Assembly (NCBI GenBank): GCA_051047955.1
Contig: JBPGPT010000027.1
Span: forward strand, 124,001 to 188,000
DNA from: Cystobasidiomycetes sp. EMM_F5
Lineage: Eukaryota
Direction of reading: 5' to 3'
DNA length: 64,000 bases
Shown: positions 11,344 to 24,700 of the stretch, piece after piece
Numbering within the stretch: position 1 is the first letter of the stretch
How the letters are laid out: every line of letters begins with the position of its first letter
Translations under genes and position numbers: made by a program
The notes under the pieces: model-generated
The model's input: only the letters and a program-made list of their open reading frames with translations
Databases searched by the model: none
What the model was told of the DNA's origin: nothing

Positions 11344-14300
11344 ATGTCGAATATGTACCCTGTCCCACGGGACGAGTCCAAGCTCAAGGAGGAGCCAGTC
11401 TACGGCAATCCCCGCAGCAAACCAATTCAGCAGAGAATGGAGGTATCTGGCAACGACGCCACGGCAACAGCAACCCACATTGGAGCCAGACTCAAGAACC
11501 CATTGGCAGGAGTCCCGAGAGAGACGCTCATGTCAGATGTGGAGGAGTTCGCGAGGCAAAAGAATCTCGAACATGTGCTTCCGCAGTTGAAGAAGGGAGC
11601 TTTGTTGGCACAGAACCCTCACGACTACGACAACATGCCAGAGTTGACACAGGAGGTTTGTGGCGAAATTTGCTTAATTCGGCATGCAGTGTGTCTGAAG
11701 CTTGCCGCAGGAGAAACGCTACCTCGCTCAAGAGCATACACACCGCTGGCGTCACCCAATTACTCTCTACCTTACTATCGGTCTGTGCTCCATCGGTGCT
11801 GCCGTTCAAGGTACTTCAACATATGCAGTGGCGCTCGCAATCTAGCTGACACTTGCTGCGCTCAGGATGGGATCAGACAGGCTCAAACGGAGCCAATCTT
11901 TCATTCCCTCAAGAGTTTGGTATTGGCTCTGATCAAGGGCTAGATCAATGGCTAGTCGGTATCATCAACGGTGCCCCGTACATTGCTAGTGCAGCCTTGG
12001 GATGCTGGCTTTCCGATCCGCTTAACAAGTACTTTGGTCGTCGTGGAACCATTTTCATCACCGCACTTGTCCTATTGGCAACTCCCATCGCTTCTGGATT
12101 TACCCACACCTGGCAAGAATTGTTTGTTGTTCGCCTGATTTTGGGACTGGGTACGTCTAATATCTTTCTAGCGATGCCCGACTTATTGACGCGACGTTGA
12201 CTACGTTCAGGAATGGGAGCAAAGGGTTCAACGGTCCCCATTTTAGCAGCTGAAAATTCGCCATCTGTTATTCGAGGGTGAGCATTATTCCCACATTATA
12301 AGTTGGGAGACCGATACTCAAATTCTTCTTTAGAGCCCTGACAATGGTAGAGCATCATCATGGCCTGCTCTGAGGTACGTGTTATGCTGACAAATGTGTT
12401 CGCAGACCTGGCAATTCTGGACAGCTTTCGGTATCTTCCTGGGCTTTGTTGCGAACGTCATCTGTCTGGAAGCTTTCGGAGAACCAACCGCTTGGCGCTA
12501 TCAGCTTGGTTCTGCCTTTATTCCAGCCGTCCCGCTAATGTTCATCTGGTGCGTTGTTCATCTCCAGTCTTCGTGTATTGCGAGAGTCCGTACTAATGGG
12601 CGTGATCAGGCTCGTGCCAGAATCTCCGAGATGGCTCAGTCAGTCACAATGCAAAAAAGGTGGCGCAAGTATAGATTTAACGTAAATATTGGTTGCAGTG
12701 AAAAAGAATAGATTCCCACAAGCTTGGAAGTCAATGTGCCGTCTCCGCTACACCGAAGTCCAGGCAGCAAGAGACATGTACTTCGTTCATGTGCAGCTAG
12801 AACTTGAGGCTCAGATCCAAAGAAGCGATAGCTACTTTAGGAGGGTCGCGGAACTATTCACCATCCCAAGAGTTCGACGGGCGACGCTTGCTGCTTCCAC
12901 TGTCATGCTGGCACAGCAGATGTGCGGAATCAATGTATGTGCATTATCAGCATAAGGTTCAGCGCGCTTATTCCCACTTGGCTCCATCAGATCATCGCCT
13001 TCTACTCTTCCTCCGTTTTTGTAGGCGCAGGGTATACTCAGCGCCAATCTTTGTATGCCAGTCTTGGTTTTGGCGCCATCAATTTTGTAAGGCTTCCGTC
13101 GCCTCAGAGATGCGTGTACTGAAATCCGACGTCACCTAGCTGTTCGCTATTCCTGCCTTTTACACGATCGATACTTTCGGTCGTCGAACGCTTCTCTTGG
13201 TACGCAATCCGGATGATCGTAATCATCTTTTAAGCTGAACGCGAACAATGTTTTAGTTCACGTTCCCAAACATGGCATGGTCTCTCTTGGTTGCGGGTCT
13301 AGCCTTTTTGATCCAAGACAATACGACGCGTCTTGGAGTTGCTGCGACCTTCATTTACATCTTTGCGGCCTTCTACTCACCCGGCGAGGGCCCCGTACCA
13401 TTTGCATACTCTGCAGAAGTTTTCCCTCTTAGTCACAGAGAGGTATGTGGTTGATAACATGTTGCAAGTAGGTAGCTTTGCCGAGGTAACATCTTTGCCC
13501 ACTCCTATGTGCAGGTTGGCATGGCCTGGGTAAGTCTCGATCATTGCGCGCACTAATGCAAGACTGAACAAGAAATGGAATACCTTGCAGGCCGTTACCG
13601 TCTGCTTGGGTTTTGCCGCTATATTGTACGTTGGCGTGCCATTCGCGAGTGCTGATCAATGCTAATATGTTTCTTCGTACTTATGCAGAGGAATTACCTT
13701 CCCCCGTACGTAGGAACAATCAATTTTGATATCTGGCTGCTATTAACGTCGTCCCATCATTTAAACCGTTGAAGGGATGGTCGGTGTCATGACGATTCAT
13801 AAGTATTATTCGTGTTCCTGTTGTTTGCCTTGCTCTACTAACCTCTCCGTCATTACAGGGAGCCTTCTGTTTCTATGCCGGCCTGAATGTTATCGCCTTC
13901 TGCCTAATCTTCCTCTTCGTGAGCGACGCGCAGTTGTTCAAGGCACTTTCCGCCGCTCTTGTTGCTGATGTCCTACTTCTGTCTCACTTCAGATGCCCGA
14001 AACCAAGCAATTGTCGTTGGAGGTGAGTTCGGCTCCTCTGCGGCAATGACTACAGCAACTTACTGTTTTTATGCTCAACAGCAACTTGACCAAGTCTTCT
14101 CTGTGCCAACGAAGGACTTTATCGCTGTAAGCCGAGTACGCATAATGGAGGACAAAGATTGGTTCTGAATTTTTGTTATGCCACGAAGTACAACACCAAG
14201 GTCGCGCTACCCTACTGGTTCCAGCGCTACGTACTGTTCAACAAGTCCGCTACGCTTCCTCCACTCATTGAAGTGGACGACACGATCGATGTCTCAGAAT

Positions 14301-14353
14301 CGATGGGCCGCACCAAGAGTCGCGTATATGCGGACGGAAAGGAAAAGGCTTAG
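11344..14353 (+). CDS. MFS sugar-porter family transporter (polyol/inositol-like), many introns
   Basis: [63 protein letters not shown] and PETK. Confidence 0.92.
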
Positions 14354-14867
14354 GCCTTTGCGTTCTCTACCATTGAGTATTTCTTCCCCGTCATTCGTAT
14401 TACAGACGGCGACGGCCACAGCAACGGGAATCCAAAGGGAACACATATATAATCGAATCTAGCAACGATAAAATCCTTCAGACCGGGAAAACCATCTTCC
14501 AGTTTCTCCCTATCTAGCAATTCTGTTCAGCTTGACGAGGCGAATGTGGATTCCCTCTTCATCTTTCAAACTTGTAGCTTATCGTACATCGAATCAATGT
14601 CCAGGAAGCATTAATCCTGAAGGTTTTCATCCTACGCAGCATGAAGCGCTTTCATTGTCCTGCACGGGTGTATTCAGGATTGGTCATCGTCTGTTTGCCG
14701 AAACATCCGCTATTGTGTGCAATCACAATTGAAGCGGGGGCGATGCGATACGGACACAATGAGTGAAGTCAACGCCGTCTTCCTGCTGTCTTGGTCAGTC
14801 AACAGTCCGAGCCATTAGAGTCAGTGTTTGCCTTCCATGCCATGCCTACGCAAAGCCCAACCAGGTA

Positions 14868-17800
14868 ATGCGAATGATACCATGGCCCTTTAGGACAGCG
14901 GCTTCGAGCAAAGATGGAACGACTACACCAGTCAACAGCGGGAGGTCCACACCGTCGCTGTACTCGCCCAGCTCGTTCTTTGCTGCTTCGACGTCAAATC
15001 AGCCACGGCCACCGGAACTTGACGAGGACTGCATCGACGAGGAGCACATTGCTGCTTTTGAGAGGATCCTGAACAGCAGCAACAGCCATAACGATGACCC
15101 GGATGAGCCGGCAGTCGAACATATTCGAAGCGTCTCGGATTTCGCTCCAATACGAGAACGTGTAAAGAGAAGCAGTAAACGGCGGAAAGACGTGGTCCGC
15201 GAAGGATGGGCGTATCATGTCTCGAGATACCCGCTGCTGGTGTGTTGTGCCGAAGCCCTGGTCTCTGAGTCTGTCAGATCTGACCCTTCTAATTACATAT
15301 TCCTACCGCAAGCTGGTCATATTCATGCTCATTACCCTGGAGTTCCTTACTTATGTTCTCGTTCGGCAATGCGTCAACTTTATCGAATTCTTCTCGGGAT
15401 GTGAGTTTTCGTTGCGTCCACATCTCCTTCATTGCCTGATTGATGCGAGTGTGCAGGGCGGGGTCAATTGGGAAGACTACGACTCAAGCTGCGTCGGTGC
15501 AGAACTTTTGAGGAATATAAGACCACCGCTCTTCAGCTGGACGAATTGCTCGGCTACACAGCATGGAAGCGGACGCCATCGAACGCATACTATGATTCTT
15601 CTCTGGTCCGTAAAGTCACGCTCAACTTACGGCAGATGCGCGAGAAAGATGACGCGGAGGGCGTCTGCGCTATACTTGAAGTGTGCTTGAGGAGCAACTT
15701 TGCTGGCATCGAAAGTTTCAGACTCTACAGCGAAACGTACTATGGCACCAAAGATAGGATAAGGCATTATGTGGAAGAAGGTAGGTTTCATCGCTTGAAG
15801 CCGCTCATTTCGCTATGTGAAGCTGAGGCTGTTATAGTCGAGGCTTCCCTCGAATATCTGCGCAAGACTCAAGCCATGTCTTGGGAGGAGAAGGCCAAAG
15901 CTTTCAGATACTTTACGAAAAACAACGGTACGACAGCATTATGTCTGAGCGGTGGAGCATCTTTCGGTTATTATGTGAGCTTGCACGTGCAGGCTACTCT
16001 TAAAATCCATTAACAACCTGTGCAGCATTTCGGAGTGGTAAGAGCGCTGCTGGATGCAAACGAACTTCGTGAGAATTTTGTCATCAAGACCTCGGCCAGC
16101 GTCTGACATACGTACGACTGTAGCCAAAGTCATAACCGGCACGTCTGCCGGCGCATTGGTCGCTGCATTCGTATGTACGCATACGGACGACGAGCTTCGC
16201 CGCATGCTCATTCCGCAGCTGGCGGACCGCATAACTGCATGCGAAGAGTCGTTTACGACTTGGGTGCCGAGATGGTGGAAGACTGGCGCTCGCTTCGATA
16301 CTGTACAATGGGCTAGAAAATCGGCCTTCTGGACGCACGGCAGCATGACCTTTAAGGAAGCGTATGAGCGCACTGGAAGGTCAGTGTCTGGCAGTATTAC
16401 CCTTTGAGCGCTATCGGTTGCTGACAAATGAACAACACTGCAGGATACTCAACGTTTCAGTCATTCCTTACGACACTCACTCGCCTACAAAATTGCTCAA
16501 CGTCCATACAGCCCCAGACTGCATCATCTTCACCGCAATTATTGCTTCCGCAGCAGTACCAGGCATACTTAATCCAGTCGTTCTGATGTGAGTTATTCGT
16601 CATGTATGCTGTGCGGCTATAGCTGAGCCGTACCTGCAGGACAAAAGATCGCAAGGGTAATGCTCAGCCCTGGCAGTTCCAGGGCAAGCATAAGGACGGC
16701 AGCCTCCGAGTTGACATCCCGCTGCAATCGCTACATCTCTTCTTCAATGTGACATACAGGTGCGCTTATGTAGTTGCGATGCACCATGTGCAAAGGATGT
16801 GCTGACGAACGTGAATCCTATGACAGCATAATCTCACAAGTTAATCCTCATATTCATCTATTCTGTATGTTGGACTATATTGGCTAAAGATACTTGCAGC
16901 TAAATTCTCCACCACAGTCTTCCAGCCCCGAGGTGCCCCTGGCAAGCCAGTAAATCACAGGAAGGGCAAAGGCTGGCGAGGTGGCTTTTTTCTCTCTGCA
17001 GCTGAACAATTTCTCAAGCTGGACCTTACAAAGAATCTGCGTGTTATTCGAGATTTGGAGTTGATGCCAGAATGGGGAGGGCAGAACTGGTCAGGCGTGT
17101 TTCTTCAGAAATTCGAAGGATCCGTAACGATCTGGCCAAAGTCGAGGATAACAGACTGGTTCCGATTGCTTAGCGACCCTGATCGCGCTGAACTTGAGCG
17201 AATGATCAGGGTCGGCCAATCGGTGACATGGCCAAAGGTGGGTGCGTACAACCATTGCCCTGCTTGCCTACTGACTGTTTAATTGCAGCTGCACATGATT
17301 GATCAGAGATTGCGGATCGAGCGACAAATCGATATTGGGCGTGCCGAATGTCGAGCTCAGCTTTCGAAAGCTGCCAAGCATGGTCTGTTGCGCGACAATG
17401 CGGCAGTAAACGATTCGTCCACATTTGAAGAATCTGAAGACGAGATTGATCTCGGAGGCCCAGAAGCCAATGCGCCACTGCCTGATACAGACCCAAGTGC
17501 AGAGGCTGACGCTCATGCCAAAGCCAAGAAGGGTCGCGCTACCACAGACTCGCTGACGGACGAAGACGATGTCCGTTACCGAGCGACATCGATGCCAGCT
17601 ATTTCGGCGACTTCTACACGACAGAGGCGGCGACAGATTGTATCGAGTCTTGGCTTGACGAATGGCAAGCCATCTGCATCACCGTCGGGTACGCCATCGA
17701 CTGTACTCCACTCTGATCCATTCCTAGGGAACGACGGACATGATTCTGGGAGCGATTGGCCTGCTGGGCGGAACAGCCAGGGGCTGAACAAGTTACGTCG

Positions 17801-17969
17801 CCGGCTGTCTACTGGCGGTCTGTGGCTGGGGAGTCGCAAGGGCAAGTCGCAGTCGGACTATCCTCGAGACAGTGAGGGGAGCGACGGGGACGTCATGTCG
17901 GACTTTGACGCAGCAAGTGCAGAGGACCGGCTTGCCAGATTTCGAGCGGACAATCGCCGAGTTTCGTGA
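14868..17969 (+). CDS. Patatin-like phospholipase / TAG lipase (TGL3/4/5-like, with a DUF3336-like region)
   Basis: TALCLSGGASFGYYHFGV, GTSAG nucleophile motif and KDGSL catalytic Asp motif. Confidence 0.9.
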
Positions 17970-18249
17970 TTGTATTCTAGTGGTATCGTGTAACAAGCAC
18001 GAAGAAACTGTGATGGAGTTGAGAACTCGCTGTGCCCATTGTCCAGCAATACGCCTTCATGATTTCCATCTGCACGAATCTGCAAATGGCCGGATGCCTC
18101 TTTCGCGGGCATATGCGCCGGGAATCTTGCTTTTAAACCATCTCAATATCTTCTTTACGCGTACTGGCTTTGAATTGTCCATTAGTCTGCCATTGGCGAC
18201 AGGCTGGCTATCCACGACATGATCTTTCAACGCCATCTTTATTGGGAAG

Positions 18250-19113
18250 ATGACAAGCCATACATATTCAAACTGGGCTCATTCAGATAACAAAATAATG
18301 GCAACGTCTCCACTAGTCGCAGTGGTCACTGGGAGCAGCCGTGGAATAGGGCAGGCTATCGTAGCGCTGCTCGCAAAGAGCCATACGCCGCTTCTTATAT
18401 ATGCGACGTCAAGAGAAGGCAGCGCTCTTGATATCCAGCCCGACAGCGGCAACGAGATCCGATATGCCAAATTGGACATCAGCGACGAGGCTTCCATCGA
18501 CAATCTCGCACAGAAGCTTGACCGCGTCGATATTCTCATCAACAATGCGGGAATCAATCTCGACGAGGATTACAATTACGAGAATGCGAAAAGGACATTT
18601 GACGTAAATTATTTTGGCACAAAGCGAGCTTGTCTCCGATTCATCCCCAAGATGCCTGCGAATGGGAAAAGTCGCATAGTCAACGTCACCTCTGGCGCTT
18701 GCCAACTCGGAAACTACGCTCCAGCAATCCAGACGAGATTCAGATCGTCGAGTATGACGATGTCGGAGCTCGACAATATGGCGACCGAGTTTCTGGATGT
18801 CGTCGAGCGTCACGACGAAAAACAAAGCGGTTGGTACCATGAGAAGGCATCGTACAGCGTCAGCAAGTCTTGCGTCACGGCTCTGACGGCGATTCTGGCT
18901 CGCGAGAATCCCGATATCCTGATAAACTGCTGCTGTCCAGGCTGGGTGCACACCGACATGGGTCAACAGGTAGGACAGGGAGGCAAGACGCCTCAAGAGG
19001 GCGCAAAGATACCAGTAAAGCTGGCCATTGGTGATATTGCCAACGTCACCGGCCGGTACTGGGCAAACGACGACAAGGAGAGCACAAACGACGGAAAAGT
19101 GCAGGATTGGTAG
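18250..19113 (+). CDS. Carbonyl reductase-like short-chain dehydrogenase (intronless; may start at 18298)
   Basis: VVTGSSRGIG, DILINNAG, YSVSK and CCPGWVHTDMG. Confidence 0.92.
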   Translation: MTSHTYSNWAHSDNKIMATSPLVAVVTGSSRGIGQAIVALLAKSHTPLLIYATSREGSALDIQPDSGNEIRYAKLDISDEASIDNLAQKLDRVDILINNAGINLDEDYNYENAKRTFDVNYFGTKRACLRFIPKMPANGKSRIVNVTSGACQLGNYAPAIQTRFRSSSMTMSELDNMATEFLDVVERHDEKQSGWYHEKASYSVSKSCVTALTAILARENPDILINCCCPGWVHTDMGQQVGQGGKTPQEGAKIPVKLAIGDIANVTGRYWANDDKESTNDGKVQDW

Positions 19114-19131
19114 GGTGGTATCTCCGATGAT

Positions 19132-20438
19132 CTAATCCAGACCAGCTGGACCTATTGCAGGCGCAGCTTTGCCTCTGCCCCGCCCTCTCCCTGACCCCTT
19201 CCCACTACCACTTCCAGACGGCGCGGCACCCCCACTTCCTCCGCCGCCAAACAAGCTGCCTAACAGATCCCCAAGAATGTTTGGCCCTCCAGCTCCTGCT
19301 TGCTTGATACCAAAGTATGCCTCTCCCAAAAAGGCCGTACACTCTTTGACTTCTGGCTCTCGCAGCCAGGGTACTTCGCGCTCGTAGCGTTGTATTAGAG
19401 ATTGGAAAGCCTGCTTGCCGGGATACGTCGTTGTCGAGGTGTTGTTACCTGGACGCTTGACAGTCTGTTCTACCAAGCCAATCTGGCACGTTTTGATGAG
19501 GATTTGAAGGAAATTGATGGACTGGAGTCGGGTAATAAGAACTTCGGGGGTTTCGCCTGAAGCATCCTTTTCAGGCCATGTTGTTAGAGGGAGGCGCTCA
19601 AAGAGCAGCGTTTGGCTGGCAGAGATGGCCAACGAGAGGAAGGTTTCCAGGAATACGTTTGCGCAGAGAAAGGAATAGCTTTCGAGGTATGACAGCACAC
19701 CTCGGGCAGCGTATCGACCTAGAGTTGAGCTGGAGCTGCTCGACGAGGGATCAGTCTTGTACCACTCGAAGAGAAGGTTGGCTAGGGCTTTGGCAGAGTC
19801 TCGCGTCTGTGCAGCGACGTAGTGATGCTCCGCACCGAAATAGTCTTGGTCTGAGACTGCTGTCAGCGGATTCTCTAGACTCGAATAATTGGCCAACCTT
19901 TGTGCAAGACTTGGCCAATGTAGGCATGTAGGGCGGCATCTCCAGCGGGTGTATCTGGATTAGCGGCAGTCCATCTGCGTTGTATCAACTCAGTCAATAT
20001 GATTAGGTCTGCAAACAAAAACACTCACGACACGGCGTGGTCAATGATACTCTTCCTCCAGGCGCCTCTGCTTCCCGCGAGCGCAACCAGCGTCTGCACC
20101 TTGCTCCGTGTCGCATCGTCGCATCTCACTGCTCGCTGCGACCATACGTCCAGCAAGTACAGGCTCAAGTCTGTCCCACCACCCAGCTCGCCCTTCTCGA
20201 GCAGTGCCCTTGCACCATCAAACAGCAACTCTGCAGCTTGCTGGGCTGCCTCGTCGTACGGCAGCACTCCAGCTGCTCCACCTGAACTCGAAGCGTGCGA
20301 CTTCCCAGTCCCAAACGATGACGGCGCTGGCGTTTTCAGCAGCCTCGCAGCAGTGGTGCGGTACTTTTGGTGGGCAGCGTACAGCTCTCCGCCCTTGAGC
20401 AGGTTGGCGAGCATCACCCGCGTACGCTTGTCGGCCAT
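19132..20438 (-). CDS. GET4: Golgi-to-ER traffic protein 4 (DUF410)
   Basis: GELYAAHQKYRTTAARL, AAELLFDGARALL and a C-terminal YFGI...LGDLLGSLFGG...LD. Confidence 0.85.
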
Positions 20439-20624
20439 GGTGTTGGGTAAAAGACAAGCTGTAACACTGTCAAATGTCGACACAAGTGCCATTTTGTGTT
20501 ATTGCGATACTGCACCCTATGCGAACTACAACCTCTGGCTAAATATTACATCAGGTCTGACTGCGGGTGACGCTCGCATCCACAAGGGTATCATGGCAAG
20601 TCTGGGATGACATTGTCTTTGAGA

Positions 20625-21394
20625 CTACGGAGTCTGCCACAGAAGCGCGTCAGAGTATCAAAGGTAACGATGAGAGTACTGTGCTCACCGGCTTGATCTT
20701 GAAGTGCAACGAAATAAGGGAAAAGACAAACATCTGGTTGAGAAATAGGTGTTAGCCCAATGCAAGTACCTGAACAAGCAGCATAGCCCACCCGCAGATC
20801 TTGCACAAGATAGTAGAATACCCGCAATCCTTCTGGGTCATCACTTGACTGGACGTCCACCAGTGACCCGATTTTGGCAGTCTCAAAACTGATGTGCGTT
20901 TTCCCGACCCTGATTTCCAATTCCTGTTTGCCGACGACAGACTTTGTCGGCCAGTTTGTATCGTCCTCCCTGTTGTACATCACACGCAATTAGTTGCATA
21001 ATCCACAACAAGCCAAATCGTTTGCGGATTCCCCCTACTTGACCACTTCGGACTCTTCGATAATCCGCCTCAATTCGGCTACCGCGCTTGGACTCAACCA
21101 CACTGGAGGGAAGCATATTAGATTCGAGCAATAATGTACTTGCAGGCTGTATTGTTACTTGCTTTCTTTCCGGATTAGAGAGTCGCTTCGGTAGCTGTAT
21201 GCATGATTATTGAAGATCCAGAAATCAGCCCAACCGCTGCAATGCAGGGCAGCCAATGCTCCATGATCCATTACTGACTTTGAATTGTTGGCATATCTCA
21301 GTAAGCCGCCTTCAGAAAGCTCAAACTCGAGAAATTCATTTCCATAGCGCCCAACGTGTCCAGTGTAGTAGCGTAAGTAAAAGTCGTTTGCCAT
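20625..21394 (-). CDS. MAGOH: Mago nashi (exon junction complex core). Chimeric: codons 1-~19 are element-borne. The last exon end is approximate.
   Basis: [101 protein letters not shown]. Confidence 0.96.
21322..21339. repeat. att-like 18-bp direct repeat, left copy (caaactcgagaaattcat)
   Basis: Identical to 25995-26012; on the minus strand it encodes the Mago x-E-F-L-E-F segment. Confidence 0.92.
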
Positions 21395-21550
21395 GCTGCG
21401 AGTTGGTCGTAAAAGAAGAGCCGTGGTTCCAAGAAGCGATCGCATACGACAAATCTTCAGACAGGACATGGATGCAGGTAGCAATGGTATTAGCAGTGAA
21501 AGCTAGCAGAGTGACAACGTAGTAGTGCTATTGTCCAGCTTCCAGTTCTG

Positions 21551-21622
21551 TACGACCGCTAATACGACTGGTTACACGACCGGTTGCAGAAGCGGTTGCA
21601 TAAGCCGTTCCGTAAGGGGATT
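21551..21622. repeat. Degenerate 12-bp tandem array (6 units) near the element end
   Basis: tacgaccgctaa / tacgactggtta / cacgaccggttg / cagaagcggttg / cataagccgttc / cgtaaggggatt. Confidence 0.7.
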
Positions 21623-21719
21623 GAAAAGCAGTAGTGATTAGCTAACTCCATGAGTCATTATCATACCGCGATATGATTATAGTAATGATGGCTCGTTCAG
21701 CGACTTGGCGCCGCAATGT

Positions 21720-24700
21720 CTACTCTTCGTCATCGTTCTCCTCTTCGACCTCCCCTTCTTCTGAAGGAGCTGGTTCCTCCTCATCATCATAGCTGGCCGA
21801 TTTACCCGGCTTACGAACTTGACTCGACTTACGCGCGCCTTTCTGTTTGCTGGCTTTGACTGGTGCTTCCTTTGTCGAGCTCGTGCGATTGCTGACAAAT
21901 TTCAGCGTGCTGTCCTGACCGTCCCAATGACCCCAGGGATGCTGGCTGTCGCCGACCTTAGAGACACGAATGTGATGGTCATCTTCGACATGATGAGCCA
22001 GTGCCTCGCGAGATTTGAAAGGAGCAATAGTCGAGCAGCATGACGCTGGACAGGTTAAAACATCGTCTTTGGCAAAGTCGTATATGTGCTTGCTGACATG
22101 GATGCCAAGAATGTCTCGGGCGGAAAAGCTGGAAGTACAACATCAATCAGTCTGGCATCGGATTGTCTGCAATTGGACTCACGCTTGAGTGACATTTGAG
22201 GGGTCTTCCAACAAATTTGGACAGAAAGGACAAAATCCCGACCTGATAGTGCGGTGATTGTACTCGTGCACTGAATAGCCTTCGGGGTTTTGGAATTGCA
22301 CCAGTAAAGTGTCTTTGTGCTGCATATGGTGAGGCAGTCGTTCAGGAACAAGGATCCAGGCTTCGCATTCGACACAATACTCCCCCATGGAGCGAGCCTG
22401 TCGAATCGGTAGACTGTGATCGGCTTCTAGATGACGTAGCATCTCAGCCTTGTCGCCATACGTACGCGAGCACTCGTCGAACGGGCAACTGCTATAGTAA
22501 TCGTCCGTTTTCTTCATGTTGGTGGTGACATATTTGTAGAGGTGCTTGGCTAAATCACTAGGAGATAGGAGGATTGGATTGATTCGTTTGCCGTTTTTCT
22601 TCTGACAGGAGGCTTTGGGACAAGGGCGCGCAGGACCATCTTCGAGCTGCTGTATATACTCTTGAGCCAGATGCCTGCGTGTGCAATGATGGATGTGCAT
22701 TGCTCGTTCCACGATTCTGCCCGTCAATTTCTTGTCGCATCGAGGGCAAGCACCACCGTCCGTTGGTTCTTCACCCGGGAAGTAGGCGCTCACGCTCTTC
22801 AAAGATTCATCCTGAGACATGAGGGATACAAGCTTGACGGCCTGCTCCCGCGAGCTGATAGCTGTACCAAGAAGTCCCATGATCATCGAGACAACGTTCG
22901 GGATCTGCCCGCCAGAGGTCTGAACTCCTACTGCCGTCTGTCCATTAGCTGGCGTCTGCCACTAGATGCGTCATCAGCACCAGCACCTCAATACTCGAAG
23001 TATAGCTTACATCCTGACTGTTCTCAGGGTCTACGACCTGCTGCAATACGCTACGTCAGCGCGGAATTCAGCACAGGCGTAGCTATCGTACTCACTGCTT
23101 CTTGGTGTAGATCAGACGCGGGAGCTATGTCATCTTGTAAAAGCGAATCGATCTCCGCTCCAGCCATTGCGACTACCTGTTCTGCGTCCAGATTATTGTA
23201 GTCAATGCGCAAGACATCATCGGCGCCAAGGGTTGCAAAGTCCACTGGCAGGGACGCGCTGTCCGCTTCGAGAAGTAGTGGTAGATCAACTCCTGCAGTA
23301 TTTTGTTCGTTCGCCAAACCAGCTGCTCCATCATCTTGTTTTTCCTTCAAAGCGGCTGCGTCCTCTGTCACTTTGCTACGCTTAGTCGTGGTCTCGGTTC
23401 TGAATATATCCTTTTGTGCGTCCTCATAACTTGCTTTCACATGATTCGCCCACGCAGCTGCATACAGATCGGCCATCATCTTCGACCGCTTGTGCTTCAA
23501 GCGATAGAAGGCCTGTGCCTCCTCATCTCCACCCGTAGATGTTGTCTCAGCTGCTACTGCAGCTAGAATGGCTCCAACGTCTTTGTAGCGCAGAAGAAGG
23601 GCGGCTCGCAATACTTTGAGCTGCTGGTCTGCATCGACGATAGCGGGATCACGCAGTAATTCCAGCCGCTTCTGTGGGCTGAGTGCGAGTGGAGGCCCGG
23701 AGTATCGTAGATGGGTTTGCTTGTGAACGACGGCAACCACGCGCTCGCGCTCCTCTGCTGTGCCCATGTAATACGCGGCAATGTCTATGCCAACCAAGCC
23801 GGACTTATAGGCGTTGAATACCCGAGAGTGCTCGTGATGACCCATGGCTTGCCTTCGATTTGCCAGACTGACGTTGGCTTCGTCCAGCGCATTCGCAGCT
23901 CCTCGTCTGAGATCGTATGGCTTGACGCGGTTCAAAAATCCTGCGTACGCACTAACGGCCGCCAAACGACTAGAGAGAGAGGAATAATTCAGAGATTCCA
24001 CCCGAGAGGTGCCATACTCTGCCTCAACCTTCACGGTTCTGCGATAGACGTAAAGCTGCGTCCGCTCGGCACGCACGCGAAGCGCGATAGAGCTGTCCGA
24101 TCCAAACTGACTGCCACTGTCGAGCAAAGTCTGGACTGTGTCGAAGTCCTCAAAGATGCCGTCCGCTAGGGCTAGTGAGAGGAGAGGGAGGACTGGACAC
24201 ATGCTGGGTTTGCTGCGATTCATCAGAAGGGGCACTGATTTAAAGAAGTTGGCGTCGGTCCGATGTCCTTTCAAAAGACGGAAGGTTATGGCGACGTCGA
24301 CTGTAACCTCGCCGTCCGTAGTCTTTTTGGCTGTCCAATCGATGTCGCCCCATCGCAGAGCTTCTTCATCTTGCGTTGTGACTACTTCACCCGGCCTGCT
24401 GGCCGTAAAAGCCAGTACCTTGAATAATGAGTCCATCTGCACAATCTAAGTAGAGCATTAGCTAGCGTACGTAAAGGTCAAAGTGTATAGCATACTTCGC
24501 GCAGGCAGCGTGCTGGCTTGAGCCAGTTATAATGTAGGATGACTTGCAAAGATGCACCATCGGCAACAAACTTGGTCGTAGGTCGATTGATGAGACCGAA
24601 TTCGTCTTTCGCTTCAGTCAGAAGATACTGTAGTATTGCATCGTCAGTCTTGTGATACGGTGAATAGTATGACTTGTACGCACAGCCATGCTCTGATCAA

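Noticed and set aside
13799..13856. U12 (minor spliceosome) assignment for the AT-AC introns
   Set aside because: Donors are ATAAGT rather than ATATCCTT, and branch sites are CTAAC/CTGAT-type.
9399..14353. IPK1 next to an inositol/polyol-like transporter as a functional cluster
   Set aside because: Transporter substrate cannot be assigned from sequence, and adjacency is expected by chance in a compact genome.
21551..21622. CRISPR-like interpretation of the periodic array
   Set aside because: No spacers, units are only 12 bp, the context is eukaryotic and there are no cas genes.
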